Shown here one piece after another: positions 63,275-64,000 of a stretch of DNA of 64,000 bases; within the stretch, counting starts at the first letter, position 1; each line of letters opens with the position of its first letter. The translations under genes and the position numbers were made by a program. Under the pieces are notes generated by a model. It was not told the origin of the DNA. It worked only from the letters and a program-made list of their open reading frames with translations, and searched no databases. Origin of the DNA: Octopus vulgaris (Eukaryota); assembly GCA_951406725.2 (NCBI GenBank), contig OX597831.1, positions 1,550,001 to 1,614,000 on the forward strand, written 5' to 3'.

Positions 63275-64000
63275 CAGGGTGCGTAAGATATTGAGGCCAG
63301 ATTTATGTTTATAAAAAAAAAACAGATAATAACTTCATTTATCAAAAAATGCTACGAGTATAAAAATAAACCTTTTCTATAATGTTATTCAATAAAACTA
63401 CCTTCAGCTTCAACTACTGCTTCTATATGAGATCTAAATGATCTACATGCTCGAATCAAGTGGTCCTAGTTCATTTTGGACATTACTTTGACTATAACAA
63501 CTTTCACAGAATCGTTGGTGCTATGGGCGTGTTCATTGACTTCTCTCTCAACAACGCTCCGCATGTAATAGATCTGGGGAAATAGGAGGCCAAATGTTAG
63601 GGATTATGTGATCATGAAAATTCTCAGCCATGTGTGATAGTGCAGAGTCTTACTGAAACACACATTGTCTTCCATTGCATACACTGTTTATCCAAGGCTT
63701 AACAATTATTTCCAGGACCTCAATATAGGCAGCAGAGTTAACTCTAAGGCCTTGTGGAAAGAAGTAAGGAGGCATCATATGTGCTTCATTGCTGACAACC
63801 CCTAAAACCATGACAGTTGCAGGAAATTTTGTACACATAACGTTTGGAACTTCAGAAGGGTTCTGCACATAACTATCCGTCATTTCTTCTGTTAACTTTC
63901 TGATCTTGGTCAAAGATTTTCTCGTTTGAGAAAAACCAAATCAAATCTTCTGCTGGGTTTTTCAGTTTGTTTAAGGGCCTTTTAGATCTGATGTAGTGAT
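63275..64000 (-). mobile_element. Tc1/mariner-superfamily relic (maT-like)
   Basis: KFPATVMVLGVVS...VFQ*DSA...WPPISPDL, TA|CAGGGTG terminus. Disabled by stops and deletions. Confidence 0.8.

Overview
AT-rich, repeat-dense animal genomic DNA. The SINE families and the (TA)n/(ATT)n/(GAT)n microsatellite load look like an octopod cephalopod (inference from recalled repeats). I reconstructed three spliced genes by hand from GT-AG boundaries and frame continuity. (1) TMEM9-family gene, minus strand, 5 coding exons (31769 to 3618). (2) A 3-exon, about 137-aa secreted/GPI-type Ly6/uPAR three-finger-fold gene with 10 Cys ending in LCN (plus strand, 39931-43945). The ORF track shows only fragments of it. 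(3) TMEM177, minus strand, 2 coding exons (50624 to 47991, 306 aa). The rest is tRNA-derived SINEs, mariner/Tc1 relics, piggyBac-, hAT- and Mutator-type MITEs, two non-autonomous Helitrons, and LINE relics (Tx1/L1, RTE, Dong/R4, CR1-like, Penelope). The most notable unexplained signals are the orphan three-finger gene, a dispersed set of minimal hammerhead-ribozyme-like motifs (one with a CCGACGA core and one that may have decayed from it), a candidate 39-nt TMEM9 cassette exon, and several long intronic inverted repeats. Almost all ORFs in the supplied track are repeat artefacts. Repeat boundaries are approximate.
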